From an uncultured Rivularia sp. (GTDB lineage: Bacteria; Cyanobacteriota; Cyanobacteriia; Cyanobacteriales; Nostocaceae): DNA of 64,000 bases. The notes below the pieces were generated by a model. That model did no database searches. It worked only from the letters and a program-made list of their open reading frames with translations, and was not told where the DNA came from. This document shows, one piece after another, positions 52,958-63,514 of the stretch. Position numbers and translations under genes: made by a program. The stretch covers positions 3,968,001 to 4,032,000 of the forward strand of contig OY762007.1 in NCBI GenBank assembly GCA_963665115.1, read 5' to 3'. Positions within the stretch are counted from its first letter, which is position 1; every line of letters begins with the position of its first letter.

Positions 52958-54082
52958 ACTTCTGTCCCCTTGTTCCCTTGTCCCCTTGTCCCCTTGTCCC
53001 CTTTTCCCCCTCTCTCCCACCTCCTCGATCGCTTCCACCAAACGCCGATTCTCCGACTCCAAGCGCACGGCTACGCGAAAATAGCGATCGCCTAATTGGG
53101 GGAAGCTAAGACAGTCGCGGATGAAAATTTTATGATGTTGAAGCAATTTCTGCTGTAAGTCGGAAGTGGAATGCTTTGACTCTACTAATAAGAAATTAGC
53201 AGCGCCCTTGAGCGGTTGTAAGCCTGGAATGTCGGCTAAACCTTCAAACAAGTCACTTCTTGCTTTTGGTAGCCATTCCCAAGTCTGCTGCTGAAATCTT
53301 TTGTCCTCTACGGCAGCAATTGCTGCTGCTGCTGCGAGAGAATTTACCGCCCAAGGATCGCGCCAAGCTTGCCATTTTTGTACGCGCTGGGGATGAGCGA
53401 TCGCGTACCCAAAGCGCAATCCGGGAAGACTATAAAACTTGGTTAAAGAACGCAATATTATCAAATTAGGAAATTCTTGCACTACATCAATTAGGCTTTG
53501 TTCCTCCGAAGGATGCAGAAAGTCCATAAAAGCTTCATCCACTACCACCAAAGCAAACTCTTTTAGGTAAGGTAATATCGCATCCCGCGTTAATAATTTT
53601 CCCGTAGGATTATGGGGATTATTCAACAATAGTCCTTTATCCTTTGTCGTGAATCCTTTGTCAAAAATCACTGACAAATCTAGATCAATTGAATTGATTA
53701 ACGACATAGGAAACTCCAACACCTTAGCGTTGAATGCCCCCAAGGCTCGATAATAATCGCCAAAGGTTGGAGTTACGAGGATTGCTGCGGCAACTTCTGC
53801 TAATTCCCTTCCCGCCCAAGTCAGTAATTCTGCCGAGCCGTTACCCGGCATAATCCACTCAGATGGCAGTTTGTGAAAGCGACCTAAAGCTTGTTTTAGT
53901 TCGCTGTAATTTGGGTCCGGATAGTGCCGTATATTACCCAACTGTGACTTGATAGCCGAAACAGTACTATCGGTCGGTCCCAAGGGGTTAATGCTGGCAG
54001 AAAAATCCAAAATAGCACTGAGGGGACAACCAGCTATTGCTGCCGCCCAAGCTAAATTTCCCCCGTGTCTCGGTTGCCGCAT
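52955..54082 (-). CDS. cobD: Threonine-phosphate decarboxylase CobD
   Basis: HGGN, DFSASINPLG, YPD, GNGSAE, NPHNPTG, DEAFMDF, RSLTKFYSLPGLRFGY, IRDC. Confidence 0.93.
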   Translation of the reverse strand: MRQPRHGGNLAWAAAIAGCPLSAILDFSASINPLGPTDSTVSAIKSQLGNIRHYPDPNYSELKQALGRFHKLPSEWIMPGNGSAELLTWAGRELAEVAAAILVTPTFGDYYRALGAFNAKVLEFPMSLINSIDLDLSVIFDKGFTTKDKGLLLNNPHNPTGKLLTRDAILPYLKEFALVVVDEAFMDFLHPSEEQSLIDVVQEFPNLIILRSLTKFYSLPGLRFGYAIAHPQRVQKWQAWRDPWAVNSLAAAAAIAAVEDKRFQQQTWEWLPKARSDLFEGLADIPGLQPLKGAANFLLVESKHSTSDLQQKLLQHHKIFIRDCLSFPQLGDRYFRVAVRLESENRRLVEAIEEVGERGKRGQGDKGTREQGDRS

Positions 54083-54108
54083 CGAAAAAACTGGTAATTC
54101 AAAAAAGC

Positions 54109-54393
54109 CTACTCTTTTGGGGGAGCAACTCTTTCTCTAAAGAGCTTCCCTGCGGAGAAAGCAGGAACCTTAGTTGCTGGAATCTCCATTTTTTCATTGG
54201 TTTTGGGGTTGCGTCCTTCGCGTGCTTTACGTTCGCGAGATTCAAAAGAACCGAATCCTACCAACGTTACTTTATCACCAGAAGAAACTGCTTCAACGAT
54301 GGTTTCCAAAGCAGCGCTCAAAACTGCATCGGCTTGCTTTTTGGTTACGCTAGCCTTTTCAGATACAGCATCAACTAATTCACCTTTATTCAT
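54109..54393 (-). CDS. hup: Histone-like DNA-binding protein HU
   Basis: MNKGELVD..VTLVGFGSFE..GRNPKT..VPAFSAGK. Confidence 0.97.
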   Translation of the reverse strand: MNKGELVDAVSEKASVTKKQADAVLSAALETIVEAVSSGDKVTLVGFGSFESRERKAREGRNPKTNEKMEIPATKVPAFSAGKLFRERVAPPKE

Positions 54394-55026
54394 GTCAAAC
54401 TCCGTGTCGGTTTACTGTTTGTTGGGTGCAGACACCCCTGATGTATCCTTACTTGAATCCAAGGATGCGGGGATTTACAAAAGTCTGGCTTTTTGAGTAT
54501 TTATGCTTAAAAGCGCTGTAACTCCCATCCGCTAGACTTTTCAATGAATCATTCTAAGGTGTTGTAGCCATAAGTGGATACATGAAACGATTATTTTATA
54601 TAGTTTTCCGGTTTTTTCATATCCAAAGCTTCATTTTTGCACCAAAAACACTCTTCTCCAAGGAAAAAATACTTAATTGCAAAACCTTGTCACAAGGGTA
54701 ACAGCCGAAAAAACCTACTTGAGTAATGGGGGGATAAAAGAAGGTAGGATAAATAGGGAATAAGAAGATTAGAGAGCCAATAGAGGCAATAAATATAATA
54801 TTCATAAGCTTGATACAATTATTTTTTTACCTAGACAAATATTTGTCTTTTTCTTTTGATAGTTGCCAAATAAAGGTTTTAAATTATTTATCTAATTAAT
54901 GAAAAAACTAAAGTTTTAGTTATAAGTTTTGTAAAGTTTTGAGTTCTTTTACTATTGTGCCATCGATATTCGCCCCTCTAGTTCATTTAAAATAATATTT
55001 TGTATTCGCAGAAAAATATTAATTGT

Positions 55027-55233
55027 GTAGAGACGTAGCATTGCTACGTCTCCGTATCTTCCGCAATCACGCAAAAATATTGTATAAGAAGCGGTACCTA
55101 GTGAAAGCGGCGAAATTCGTTTAAGTTGTATTCACAAACAAACATATAAATTTGGTCGTTGCTTGCGCCGTCAATACTATGGATGTCGATTTGTTCGCAA
55201 ACGTCTGGAGACGTAGCACTGCTACGTCTCTAC
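55027..55233. repeat. Inverted pair of family A palindromes flanking ~150 bp (REPIN-like)
   Basis: GTAGAGACGTAGCATTGCTACGTCTCC ... GGAGACGTAGCACTGCTACGTCTCTAC, GTAG tags facing outward. Confidence 0.8.
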
Positions 55234-55266
55234 AAACGTGAAAATAAGTTGTGAAATCCTCGTTTA

Positions 55267-57664
55267 TTATCTCTGAGGCAACTTCAACCCGCGTTTCTGC
55301 AACATTCTGCGTACTTCAGGGCTAGGTTTGTAGTTATACCCGTAAGAAGAATTTTGCGAATCATCCATAACTTGAGGTGTTAACAATACGATTACCTCAT
55401 TACGCTGGTTATTCTTATTTGTGCTTCTAAACAAAGAACCAATAATCGGAATATCGCCCAAGATAGGTACTTTAGATACACTTACCCGATCTGACTCTTG
55501 AATAATACCGCTGAGAATCAAGGTCTGACCATCGCGCATACGAACCAAGCCAGATTGAAGAGAGCGTTCAGAAATTAAAGTTACAAATCCATTTCCTGTA
55601 TTTTGTTGACCTGCTGGTGCTTTGACAGAAGGAGCTACCGATAAAGAAACAAAACCATTATCGTCAATGCGTTCAATTTTGACTCCTACAGTCAAACCCA
55701 CTTTTTCTTTCTCAGGTTCTGTCACTTCTCTTGAGCCACCAGGAGTATCAACAAATGTAGTTGTTATTTTACCAAGTACTTCCTGAGTCAAATCAACTCT
55801 AGCTTCCTGACCTTCTTGCACAATTAAAGTAGGATCGGTCAAAATCTTGGCGTTACCGTTGGTAACTTGAGTTTGTAAAGAAGCGAGGAAACGTTTGGGG
55901 AATTGAAATAAAGTTGGTAGAGATGCTGTAGCTGTACCAAGTGTTCCTTGTGCAACGCTTGCATTACCATCCTCGTCAAAAGTAACAATATTATCGGTTG
56001 CAGGAGTAATACTAGAGAAGCCTGGATTTAAAGGATTTCCATCATTACCAAGAGGGGCAGTTGGTTGATAAAAATTTCCACTTCCTGAGTTTTGTGTTCT
56101 AACAGTATTACCGTTTTGATCTACGACTATTGTACCGGGGAGAGTTCCTGGTATGCCTACGGAATTATTTGGATCGAAGAAAGGCGATCCTTGAATTGGA
56201 TTCTCAATAACAGGTCTGGAAGTTACACTATTGCTGCTTTCAGCACTCGTAGGAGGTCTTGAGCTACCAAAATTTCCAGATGCTACACCACCATCAACGC
56301 TAAAGAAGTTGTCAGCAACCCCAAAAGAGAAGCTAGTTTTAAAGTCTTTTGTTTTTAAAAGGTTGACATCAACAATTTTGACATTAACTGCAACTTGACG
56401 ACGGCGAATATCAAGCTGAGTTAGCTGAGCCATCGCTATCTCTATTGTTCTGGGGGTCGCCAATTAAGGTGACAGAATTAGTCCGCTCGTCTCCTAATGC
56501 TTGTAAACCTCTGAGTAAAGGTGCAGAATCTTTATAGTCAATGCGTTGAGTTTCTACTTTAGTTTCTGTAGTGGTTTGAGTCTGGGTAATTGGAGCAGCT
56601 CCTTGACCTACAGCAACAGCATTAACGTTGGTAACTTGGCGTTCCCGACTGACGGCAGTTTCTGCGCCCAAACCAACTAAAAAGTTGAGAGCTACACCCA
56701 CATCAACCTGATTAAGTCGCAAGCTCCGCATTACAGTATCGCGGGTAGAATTAGGTAATTTAGTCCCAACAAAAATAGTCCTTCCGCTGCGGTTGGCTTC
56801 TAAACCACTCAAGCGCAAGACGTAGTTAAATACATCTTGGACTGGCTCGTTTTCAATATCTAAAGAAATTGTCGGCCCATCGCCAGCAGCAGGAGCAGCA
56901 CCTTCTCCAGTTCCACCACCTGCGGTATAAGCCAAGTTTAAATTAGCAGCCCGTGCCAAAAGTGACAAAACTTCCCGTACTGGTGCATCTCTCAAAACCA
57001 AGCGAGGTACGCGCTGCTGAGTTCCTAAATCAATCACGCTCGGTGAAGCATCGGTATTAGATATGGAGATATCTCCTACCGGAGGAGCAACTGCTCTGGG
57101 TAAGAAAGGTGGAGCCTGATTCATCGATTGTCCGGGGCCAGCGGGTGGTGCAGGGGCACCTTCAAGGTTAACGTCGGGGTTTGGTGCGGGAGCAGATTGA
57201 GCTATTTGATTATCTTGAGTCGGTTGCGGTGTCGCAGCAGTATCTGGACTGCCTCCCATTGAAGGCATCAAAGCAAAGGTAAGTCCGTTTTGCTTGCGCT
57301 CTACGGGTTTGCTTTCAGGAGCATTGCCCGTTCCTTTGATTACTACCCGGACGCTATTTGCATCAAGTTGACCGATGGAAACCGAAGCAATTCCATCTGT
57401 GGGATTATCCTGACGGAAACTACTACCTTGTGGTAAACGTAACTGGGTATTAATGATATCTGCGACTAAAGCATTACCTCTTTTAGTAGTAAAAACTTGA
57501 GGACGAGAGCCATCAGAAGTTTTTAAAACTAAATTAACTCCACCGTCAGCTTGATTTAATTTTACTTCTGTAATTTTTGTAGTTGATTGCGCCCAAACTG
57601 GCTGAGATACCAACAATACAGAAACAGCGGTTCCAAATATAAAACTACTACCGTGAAGTTTCAC
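55267..57664 (-). CDS. pilQ: Type IV pilus secretin PilQ (AMIN + secretin), split by a +1 base at 56452-56456
   Basis: Signal peptide, AMIN domain, LVLRDAPVREVL, DERTNSVTL, secretin KVPILGDIPIIGSLF; removing one base gives LIGDPRTIEIAMAQL. Confidence 0.92.
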
Positions 57665-57902
57665 AGTCCATTCCTCACTTTAAATATTTTTTTAGAGAAC
57701 TAATTATTAGCTGATAGTCGTTAGTTGTTAGTCGTTAGTTATATACCAGCGAGCAAGATAATCGCACTATTAACTTGATGCTAGCGAGTAAGATGCTCCT
57801 ACTATCAACTATTTATTTTCTAATTGAAATTCATCTGTGTATTAGTTGTTAGTTAATGAGCTTTATATTATTAACTCCTAATTCCTAACTACTAACTCCT
57901 AA

Positions 57903-58652
57903 CTACTCAGAAGATTCTTCTTTTTTAATAGCAGCAACTTCTTCGGGATTCATCGGCACTAACGCTTCTAACTTAAATGATGTAGTTATTGGTGTTGGCC
58001 CGACTCTGGGGGGCTTGCCTTCCTCGAAGGTTTCGGATACCAATGTTGATTGATAATCTTTAACTAACAACAAAGGCTGCAAACGCTCTATGTTTCGCAG
58101 AATAGATTGAGTTTGTTCGTAGGTACCGCGAATTACTATTTCGGTGGTGCTACGTTTAAGTTTTCCATCAACTTCTGGACCTAAAGAACCATCAATTACT
58201 GGTTGTGTTCCCTGAGAATCTGGAGCAAATTTCTGTAATTTGGCTTTGACTGCATTGCTACTTAATTGAGCGTTTCCTGCTTCAACTAAGCGGTTTAAAT
58301 CTATCAACAAGGTATCCAAAGTTTTTTCGTTAGCAAATACAGCCCATACTTGAGACTGTTGTCTTTTGGATTGTGCTAATTTTGCATTAAGTTGGTCGAT
58401 GCTTTGCAGCCTAGCTTGTTTACCCTCAATGTCTGTTTCAAGCTGCTGCTTGGTGCCTTGTTTTTCTGTATAGCTATCCCAAGCTGGCTTTACGAAGCTC
58501 GAAAATATATAGGCTGATGCTGCTATTCCCAATACCCCAATTAAAATACCGCTGATGGTGGGAGTAAAAGTTATGCCAAAAACTACGGGATAAGCTGAAG
58601 ATTCTTCTTCAAACTCCGAGTCTTCAAAATTCATCTCATCGCTAAATGTCAT
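57903..58652 (-). CDS. pilO: Type IV pilus assembly protein PilO
   Basis: YPVVFGITFTP, TM, coiled coil, LDTLLIDLN, RNIERLQPLL; between pilN and pilQ. Confidence 0.88.
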   Translation of the reverse strand: MTFSDEMNFEDSEFEEESSAYPVVFGITFTPTISGILIGVLGIAASAYIFSSFVKPAWDSYTEKQGTKQQLETDIEGKQARLQSIDQLNAKLAQSKRQQSQVWAVFANEKTLDTLLIDLNRLVEAGNAQLSSNAVKAKLQKFAPDSQGTQPVIDGSLGPEVDGKLKRSTTEIVIRGTYEQTQSILRNIERLQPLLLVKDYQSTLVSETFEEGKPPRVGPTPITTSFKLEALVPMNPEEVAAIKKEESSE

Positions 58653-59420
58653 TTTTCAAAGACTCCCGTTCTTCGCAGACTACGAATTCTATCTACTAAT
58701 CCTTTCGTGCCTTTTTGTTCCAATTCTCGGATTAATTCAGAAGCTGGAACATCGCTTAGTTGAGAAACAATAGTGTATTTGACTATTTTTGGAGGCTCTA
58801 TTGTTACTCCATCTGGAATGTTTTGAGGTAATGGCCCATCAATTAATTCAGCTGTAACTATTTTTCCTGTTGAGGATTTGAAAAAGGGAGATTGTTGCAA
58901 GGAAAGTAAGAAATCATTGACATCGTTAAAAGAGCGAGCATAACCGCTGATTTCTATACCGCCAGCGGAACTTGCTGTTAAGCCATTCTCTGCCGCAGTT
59001 TCAGGTGGGGTTTGTTTGACGTTCTCAATTCGCACTCTTGCAGGAATGCGATCGCGCAAAACTTGCAACATTGCCGACCAAGGTCGAATTTGGTCAAAAA
59101 CGCTAACCAAGGCTTGGGTTTCTGTTTTAATTGCGGCAATCTCTGCTTCTTTTTGCTTGATATCGCCTAATTTAGCCTCTAATTCTTGATTCTTGCCCTC
59201 TAGTACCCCAATTTGCTCGTCAATACTGGCATTCTGGCTTTGCACGTATAGCAAACCTAATCCTAACAGAGCGGGAAGAATAACAGCTACCGCAGCACCA
59301 ATATAAATCGGTGTCATATCTCCCACAGGCATTGCAAGCTTTTTCTTGCTTTGGCCTTGTTTTCCTTGCCCTGGGGCCACCGGGACGGTCTTTAAGAAAG
59401 TTGATATCTAAGCTGTACAT
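58649..59420 (-). CDS. pilN: Type IV pilus assembly protein PilN, split by a +1 base near 59373-59384
   Basis: MYSLDINFLKDRP (PilM-binding IN motif) in one frame; TM, PWSAML, VNDFLLSLQQS in the next. Confidence 0.9.
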
Positions 59421-59425
59421 TTTGC

Positions 59426-60529
59426 TTAAGCCCTCATTCCTAAACCAAGTACCGTACCCAAACCAGGACGTTGTACAAAGGGATAATCTTCATCGTCTAC
59501 TTGTAGCGACAAAGCCTGTACCGGATCTATCTGAGTAGTAGGTAAACTCAGACGCTGTGTAAAAAACTCATCTAGCTGTATAAGTCCGCCTCCCGAACCT
59601 GCCAGCAATATCTGTGCTATTTCCAAATTTTCAGCCTGATTCAAATAGAAATCGACCGAACGACGCAGTTCATCGGTAAGTTCTCCTAACACTCTTAACA
59701 TCGCAGCCATACCGGGATTGACCTCTGTAACACCTGTTTTTCCACCTTCCATCGGGGAGGCTGGAATAGTCATTCCCTCCAATAGTTCCATATCTCTAGA
59801 TGTAGGTAAATTCATTGCTCTAGATAAAGCTGCTTGCATTTGCTCTGTGCCGATGGGAACGGTACGAGAAAACTGTGGAACTCCGTTAACAACAATGGCA
59901 ATTTCGGTACTGTCATATTCAATATTTACCAGCACCGCCGCCTCTTGTGGCCCGAACTGACGTAGTTGATCGCGGATTGTCCGAATTAAAGAAAAACTAC
60001 TAATCTCTAAAACATCAACCTGCAATCCTGCCTGTTCAAAAGTACTGATGTAGGTATCTGTAATGTCTTTACGAGTTGCAACTAAAAGTACTTGTACCTT
60101 TTCGATGCCATCCTCATCAACAAAGTATCCTAACTTTTGATAATCCACATCCGCTTCTTCACGGGGATAAGGAAGATATAAACCTGCTTCATGGTTTAGT
60201 ACCATATCCCGTAATTCTTTATCGTCTAATTCTGCCGGTACGGGGATGAGACGCACAATAGAGCCTCGTCCAGGTACCGCAGTTACAACATGATTCGCTT
60301 TTATTTTGCTCTCCAAAAGCGCCTCTTGGATGATTTGCGCCATTGTTGGCGGATCTGCGATTTGCCCATCAACAAAAATGCCTTCTGGAACCGGCACTGA
60401 TGTTAAAACTTCCAATTTCATACCTTGGCGCTGCTTGCGTAACTGAGCTACATTCACTCGTTGTGGTGCAAGCTCGATGCCAACCCCGCTTTTGGATTTA
60501 CCAAACAGACTACTTAAGCCTTTCACCAC
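59426..60529 (-). CDS. pilM: Type IV pilus assembly protein PilM
   Basis: GVGIEL, LYLPYPREEA, VLLVA, PQFSRTVPIG, ELRRSVDFY, LGLGMR. Confidence 0.95.
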   Translation of the reverse strand: MVKGLSSLFGKSKSGVGIELAPQRVNVAQLRKQRQGMKLEVLTSVPVPEGIFVDGQIADPPTMAQIIQEALLESKIKANHVVTAVPGRGSIVRLIPVPAELDDKELRDMVLNHEAGLYLPYPREEADVDYQKLGYFVDEDGIEKVQVLLVATRKDITDTYISTFEQAGLQVDVLEISSFSLIRTIRDQLRQFGPQEAAVLVNIEYDSTEIAIVVNGVPQFSRTVPIGTEQMQAALSRAMNLPTSRDMELLEGMTIPASPMEGGKTGVTEVNPGMAAMLRVLGELTDELRRSVDFYLNQAENLEIAQILLAGSGGGLIQLDEFFTQRLSLPTTQIDPVQALSLQVDDEDYPFVQRPGLGTVLGLGMRA

Positions 60530-61456
60530 TGTTTTGCTCGTAGAAATACTAAAAAATCAAAATCCAAATATGACTAAAAACTGCTCTTAATATCAGGAGA
60601 TAAATTGAGTTGTTAATTTTACTAGTTGTTTTAACTCTTCTAAAAAATTTGCATAGCGTTTCTCACCCCGATTTTTGATAAATATTCTTTTCTATGGTTA
60701 TTCAATTTTATTTGTTCAAACAAATATCAGTTATGAACATCATCATAAAAGTAAATAGGGTCGATCGTCGGGCAAAATGCTTACCTAGAGAAGATTTAAT
60801 CTCAAATTAAGCAATCCTTACTCTTAAAAAAGAGGTAAAGAACATTATGCTTTTTTCAGTGATAAATATGACATATCCCAATATTTCATGATGCAGTTAA
60901 TTAGTTATAACATCGATTAATTAAAACAATTATGTATCATAAATGTACTCAGTGCTAACACTGGATTAATAAATATACAGCAAAGTTTGCAGCGATAGTG
61001 AAGTCAGTATGTTTGACTATTGAATTTTAGAAATATGAAAATTTAAAATAGATATTGTAAATATGTTAGTAATTTCTCGGAGTTCTTATTAATAATTAAC
61101 CCCAAACAATTATTTAGTAATTAAATAAAATAAAAATAATTAAGTAACTTGTTTACAATTTGTTATCAATTCATGGCTGAATTAGTAATTTTACTAATTA
61201 GATGAAATATCTTTTTATTCCCTACGTATTTTCTAGTAGTTCATTAATAAAAATGGTTCTTACGTACTTGTCATGCTAATTAATAAGTAGAAGAGGGAAC
61301 AGGCAATAGAGGAAAAAGATGATAAGTAGGTTGGCATTGAAAATTGCGATCGCGATAAGGGAGTAGGCAATTGGGAGTAGGCAGTAGTAATAAGAACCTC
61401 GTAAGATTACCCTGAGTTCCCCCTTTGAAGGGAGACTTTCTCTATAAAGCTTTCAA

Positions 61457-61567
61457 CTAGTACAGTACGGCGTAAATAAAGCACCCATTTATAAAGTTTG
61501 AAAGCCTTATCATATAATACTTTTTACTTCTTACTTTTGACTTTTTACTTCCGCGCAGCGGTACTAG
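61457..61567. mobile_element. 111-bp MITE with imperfect terminal inverted repeats
   Basis: CTAGTACAGTACGGCGTAAATAAA vs right-end reverse complement CTAGTACCGCTGCGCGGAAGTAAA; internal heptamer tract; no coding capacity. Confidence 0.7.
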
Positions 61568-61642
61568 TACCTTGCCTGGGTTTCTTTTTTGCTCTACTCC
61601 CTACTCCCAACCGTCACCTGGCATTTTTAGGTTGGTGGAGTA

Positions 61643-62950
61643 CTATATTCCCAAGCGTTGATTCTGCAAAAAATGCCCTACTAAATAAAGCGAACCACAT
61701 AGAACAACCAAATTAGTATCCGAACTAAAAGCCGTTGAAAGCGCTTTTGATAAGTCAGAATGCGTATCGCACAAACTTAATCTCGGACAAATATTCTTCG
61801 CTAATTTGGCTAATTGATGCTCGTCAGCCGAACTATGTTCTGGTACGGGTACTAAATGTAATTCATCGTTTGGCCGTAATAAAGTTTGGAAAACTCGATC
61901 GTGTTCTTTAGTTGAAAGCATTCCCATCACCCAGGTAACTCCAACTTGAGATCGATTTTCCACAGCAACTAGCGTATCAACGTAATTTCGTAATGCTTCT
62001 GCTGCGGCTGGATTATGAGCGCCATCAAGTAGTAATTTGCGGCCATTCCAAGTAGTCCACTGCATTCTTCCGAGCCACTGAGTTTTTGCCATACCTTCAG
62101 CAATAGCTTTCTCAGGTATTTGCCAACCCTGCTGCTGGATAATTTCCAAAGCAGTCACGGCTAAAGCAGAATTAACTAACTGTATTTTTCCTTTGAGGGG
62201 TAAAGGATATTTGATAGATTTGGCAATTGGTAACTGGGAATTAGTTTTCTCTTTTGTCTCCACCTCCACACAAGCCCAACCATCACCAACTTCTCTTGCC
62301 GGTTTGGGTTTAATAACGGGACATTGTAATTGATCCGCATATTCGCGTACTACTTGTTCTGCTTCTGGTGGTAATTGCCCAATAACTACCGGACATTTAG
62401 CCTTGAGAATACCCGCTTTTTCCTTGGCGATCGCCGCTTCTGTAGAACCTAATTGTTGCAGATGGTCGAGGCTAATAGAAGTGATAATAGTTACCATCGG
62501 TTTTGCACAGACATTAGTAGCATCCAAACGCCCTCCCAATCCAACTTCGACCACAGCCACGTCAACCGCATGACGAGCAAAATACAGCCAAGCTGCGGCA
62601 GTAAATACTTCAAACTGAGTAGGTGATTCTTCTTGAGAATCGATTGCCTCCTGTACCTCAAGCAATAAATTACCAAGTTCCTTAGAAGAAATTTGCCGTT
62701 CGTTCAAGCAAATTCGCTCCACCCAATCAATCAAATGAGGAGAAGTATAGCGTCCCGTAGTATATCCAGCCTGCGTTAAAACCGCAGACAAATAAGCACA
62801 AACAGAACCCTTGCCATTCGTACCAGCAACGTGAATAATCGGAACTTGATAATGTGGATTACCAAGATTCGCCAAAAGCTTCTCAATGCGTTCCAACCCC
62901 AAATGAACGCCAAAACGCTTGCGAGGCTGTAGTAAAGAATCTATATCCAT
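61643..62950 (-). CDS. folC: Folylpolyglutamate synthase/dihydrofolate synthase
   Basis: HVAGTNGKGS, YTSPHL, FE, EVGLGGRLDATN, DH, EKAGI, DGAHNP, GSLYLVG. Confidence 0.96.
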   Translation of the reverse strand: MDIDSLLQPRKRFGVHLGLERIEKLLANLGNPHYQVPIIHVAGTNGKGSVCAYLSAVLTQAGYTTGRYTSPHLIDWVERICLNERQISSKELGNLLLEVQEAIDSQEESPTQFEVFTAAAWLYFARHAVDVAVVEVGLGGRLDATNVCAKPMVTIITSISLDHLQQLGSTEAAIAKEKAGILKAKCPVVIGQLPPEAEQVVREYADQLQCPVIKPKPAREVGDGWACVEVETKEKTNSQLPIAKSIKYPLPLKGKIQLVNSALAVTALEIIQQQGWQIPEKAIAEGMAKTQWLGRMQWTTWNGRKLLLDGAHNPAAAEALRNYVDTLVAVENRSQVGVTWVMGMLSTKEHDRVFQTLLRPNDELHLVPVPEHSSADEHQLAKLAKNICPRLSLCDTHSDLSKALSTAFSSDTNLVVLCGSLYLVGHFLQNQRLGI

Positions 62951-63039
62951 AGGGAGTAGGGAGTAGGGAGTAAGGAGTAGGAATTAGGAATTCTCTCCCC
63001 AATGTCCCATGCTCCATGCCCAATTCCCAAAATTAAATA

Positions 63040-63072
63040 AACCGACTGTACCCTAAAGGAAAACAGCCGGTA
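63040..63072 (-). terminator. Probable terminator of psbY
   Basis: ACCGACTGT...ACAGCCGGT stem followed on the minus strand by TTATTT. Confidence 0.55.
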
Positions 63073-63096
63073 TCTAGCGCGATAAATGTGAAAAAT

Positions 63097-63216
63097 TTAC
63101 GCTTCTTTATTTAAAAAAGTTTGCAATTGTCGTATTGCAGCAGCGCCGATATTAAATAACGCCCAACCAGCGGCAATAACTAAAGGTGCAAAAACAATCG
63201 CTACACGCATATCCAT
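63097..63216 (-). CDS. psbY: Photosystem II protein Y
   Basis: Translated by hand: [39 protein letters not shown], 39 aa, AGAGAGG RBS; below the ORF-track cutoff. Confidence 0.95.
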   Translation of the reverse strand: MDMRVAIVFAPLVIAAGWALFNIGAAAIRQLQTFLNKEA

Positions 63217-63425
63217 ATTTAGAAATCCTCTCTTAGGTAAATTTTAAGTTTTATCAACTACTCTCATTTTTATTTTTAGCTGAATTGGCGAATTTTGCTA
63301 CCCCTGCGTGTAAAGAATGTTTACGCTCTTCAGTTATCAATGAACAGTTATCAATGAACAGTTAGGAGTAAGGAACAGTGAACAGTAAGTAGTGGGAGCA
63401 TCTTGCTCCCTTGTATTTCCCAACT

Positions 63426-63513
63426 CTTGTCCCCTTGTCCTCTTGTCCTCTTGTCCTCTTGTCCCCTTGTACCCTTGTCCCCTTGTCCTCTTGTCCCCTT
63501 GTCCCCTTGTCCC
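63426..63513. repeat. Octamer tandem repeat (CTTGTCCY)x11
   Basis: 11 near-perfect 8-bp units right after the gamma-CA stop; a family B palindrome lies just left at about 63389-63411. Confidence 0.92.
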
Positions 63514-63514
63514 C

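Noticed and set aside
52719..53109. ORFs such as MPNAQCPMPNAQ.. and ..[12 protein letters not shown]..
   Set aside because: Translations of heptamer and octamer arrays; no independent coding evidence.
54394..55020. Cobalamin riboswitch upstream of HU-cobD, and the 62-aa ORF at 54617-54805
   Set aside because: No recognisable B12-box core; the ORF lacks an RBS and motif and lies in AT-rich promoter DNA.
55267..59420. Programmed frameshifting or phase variation in pilQ and pilN
   Set aside because: Runs are only 3-5 nt, there is no slippery heptamer, and the same +1 pattern occurs in unrelated genes; not excluded without reads.
60530..61310. Hidden gene, ncRNA or alternative-sigma promoter upstream of pilM
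   Set aside because: Very AT-rich, no ORF or stable stem; a single GGGAATA near 61217-61223 (-) is too weak to call.
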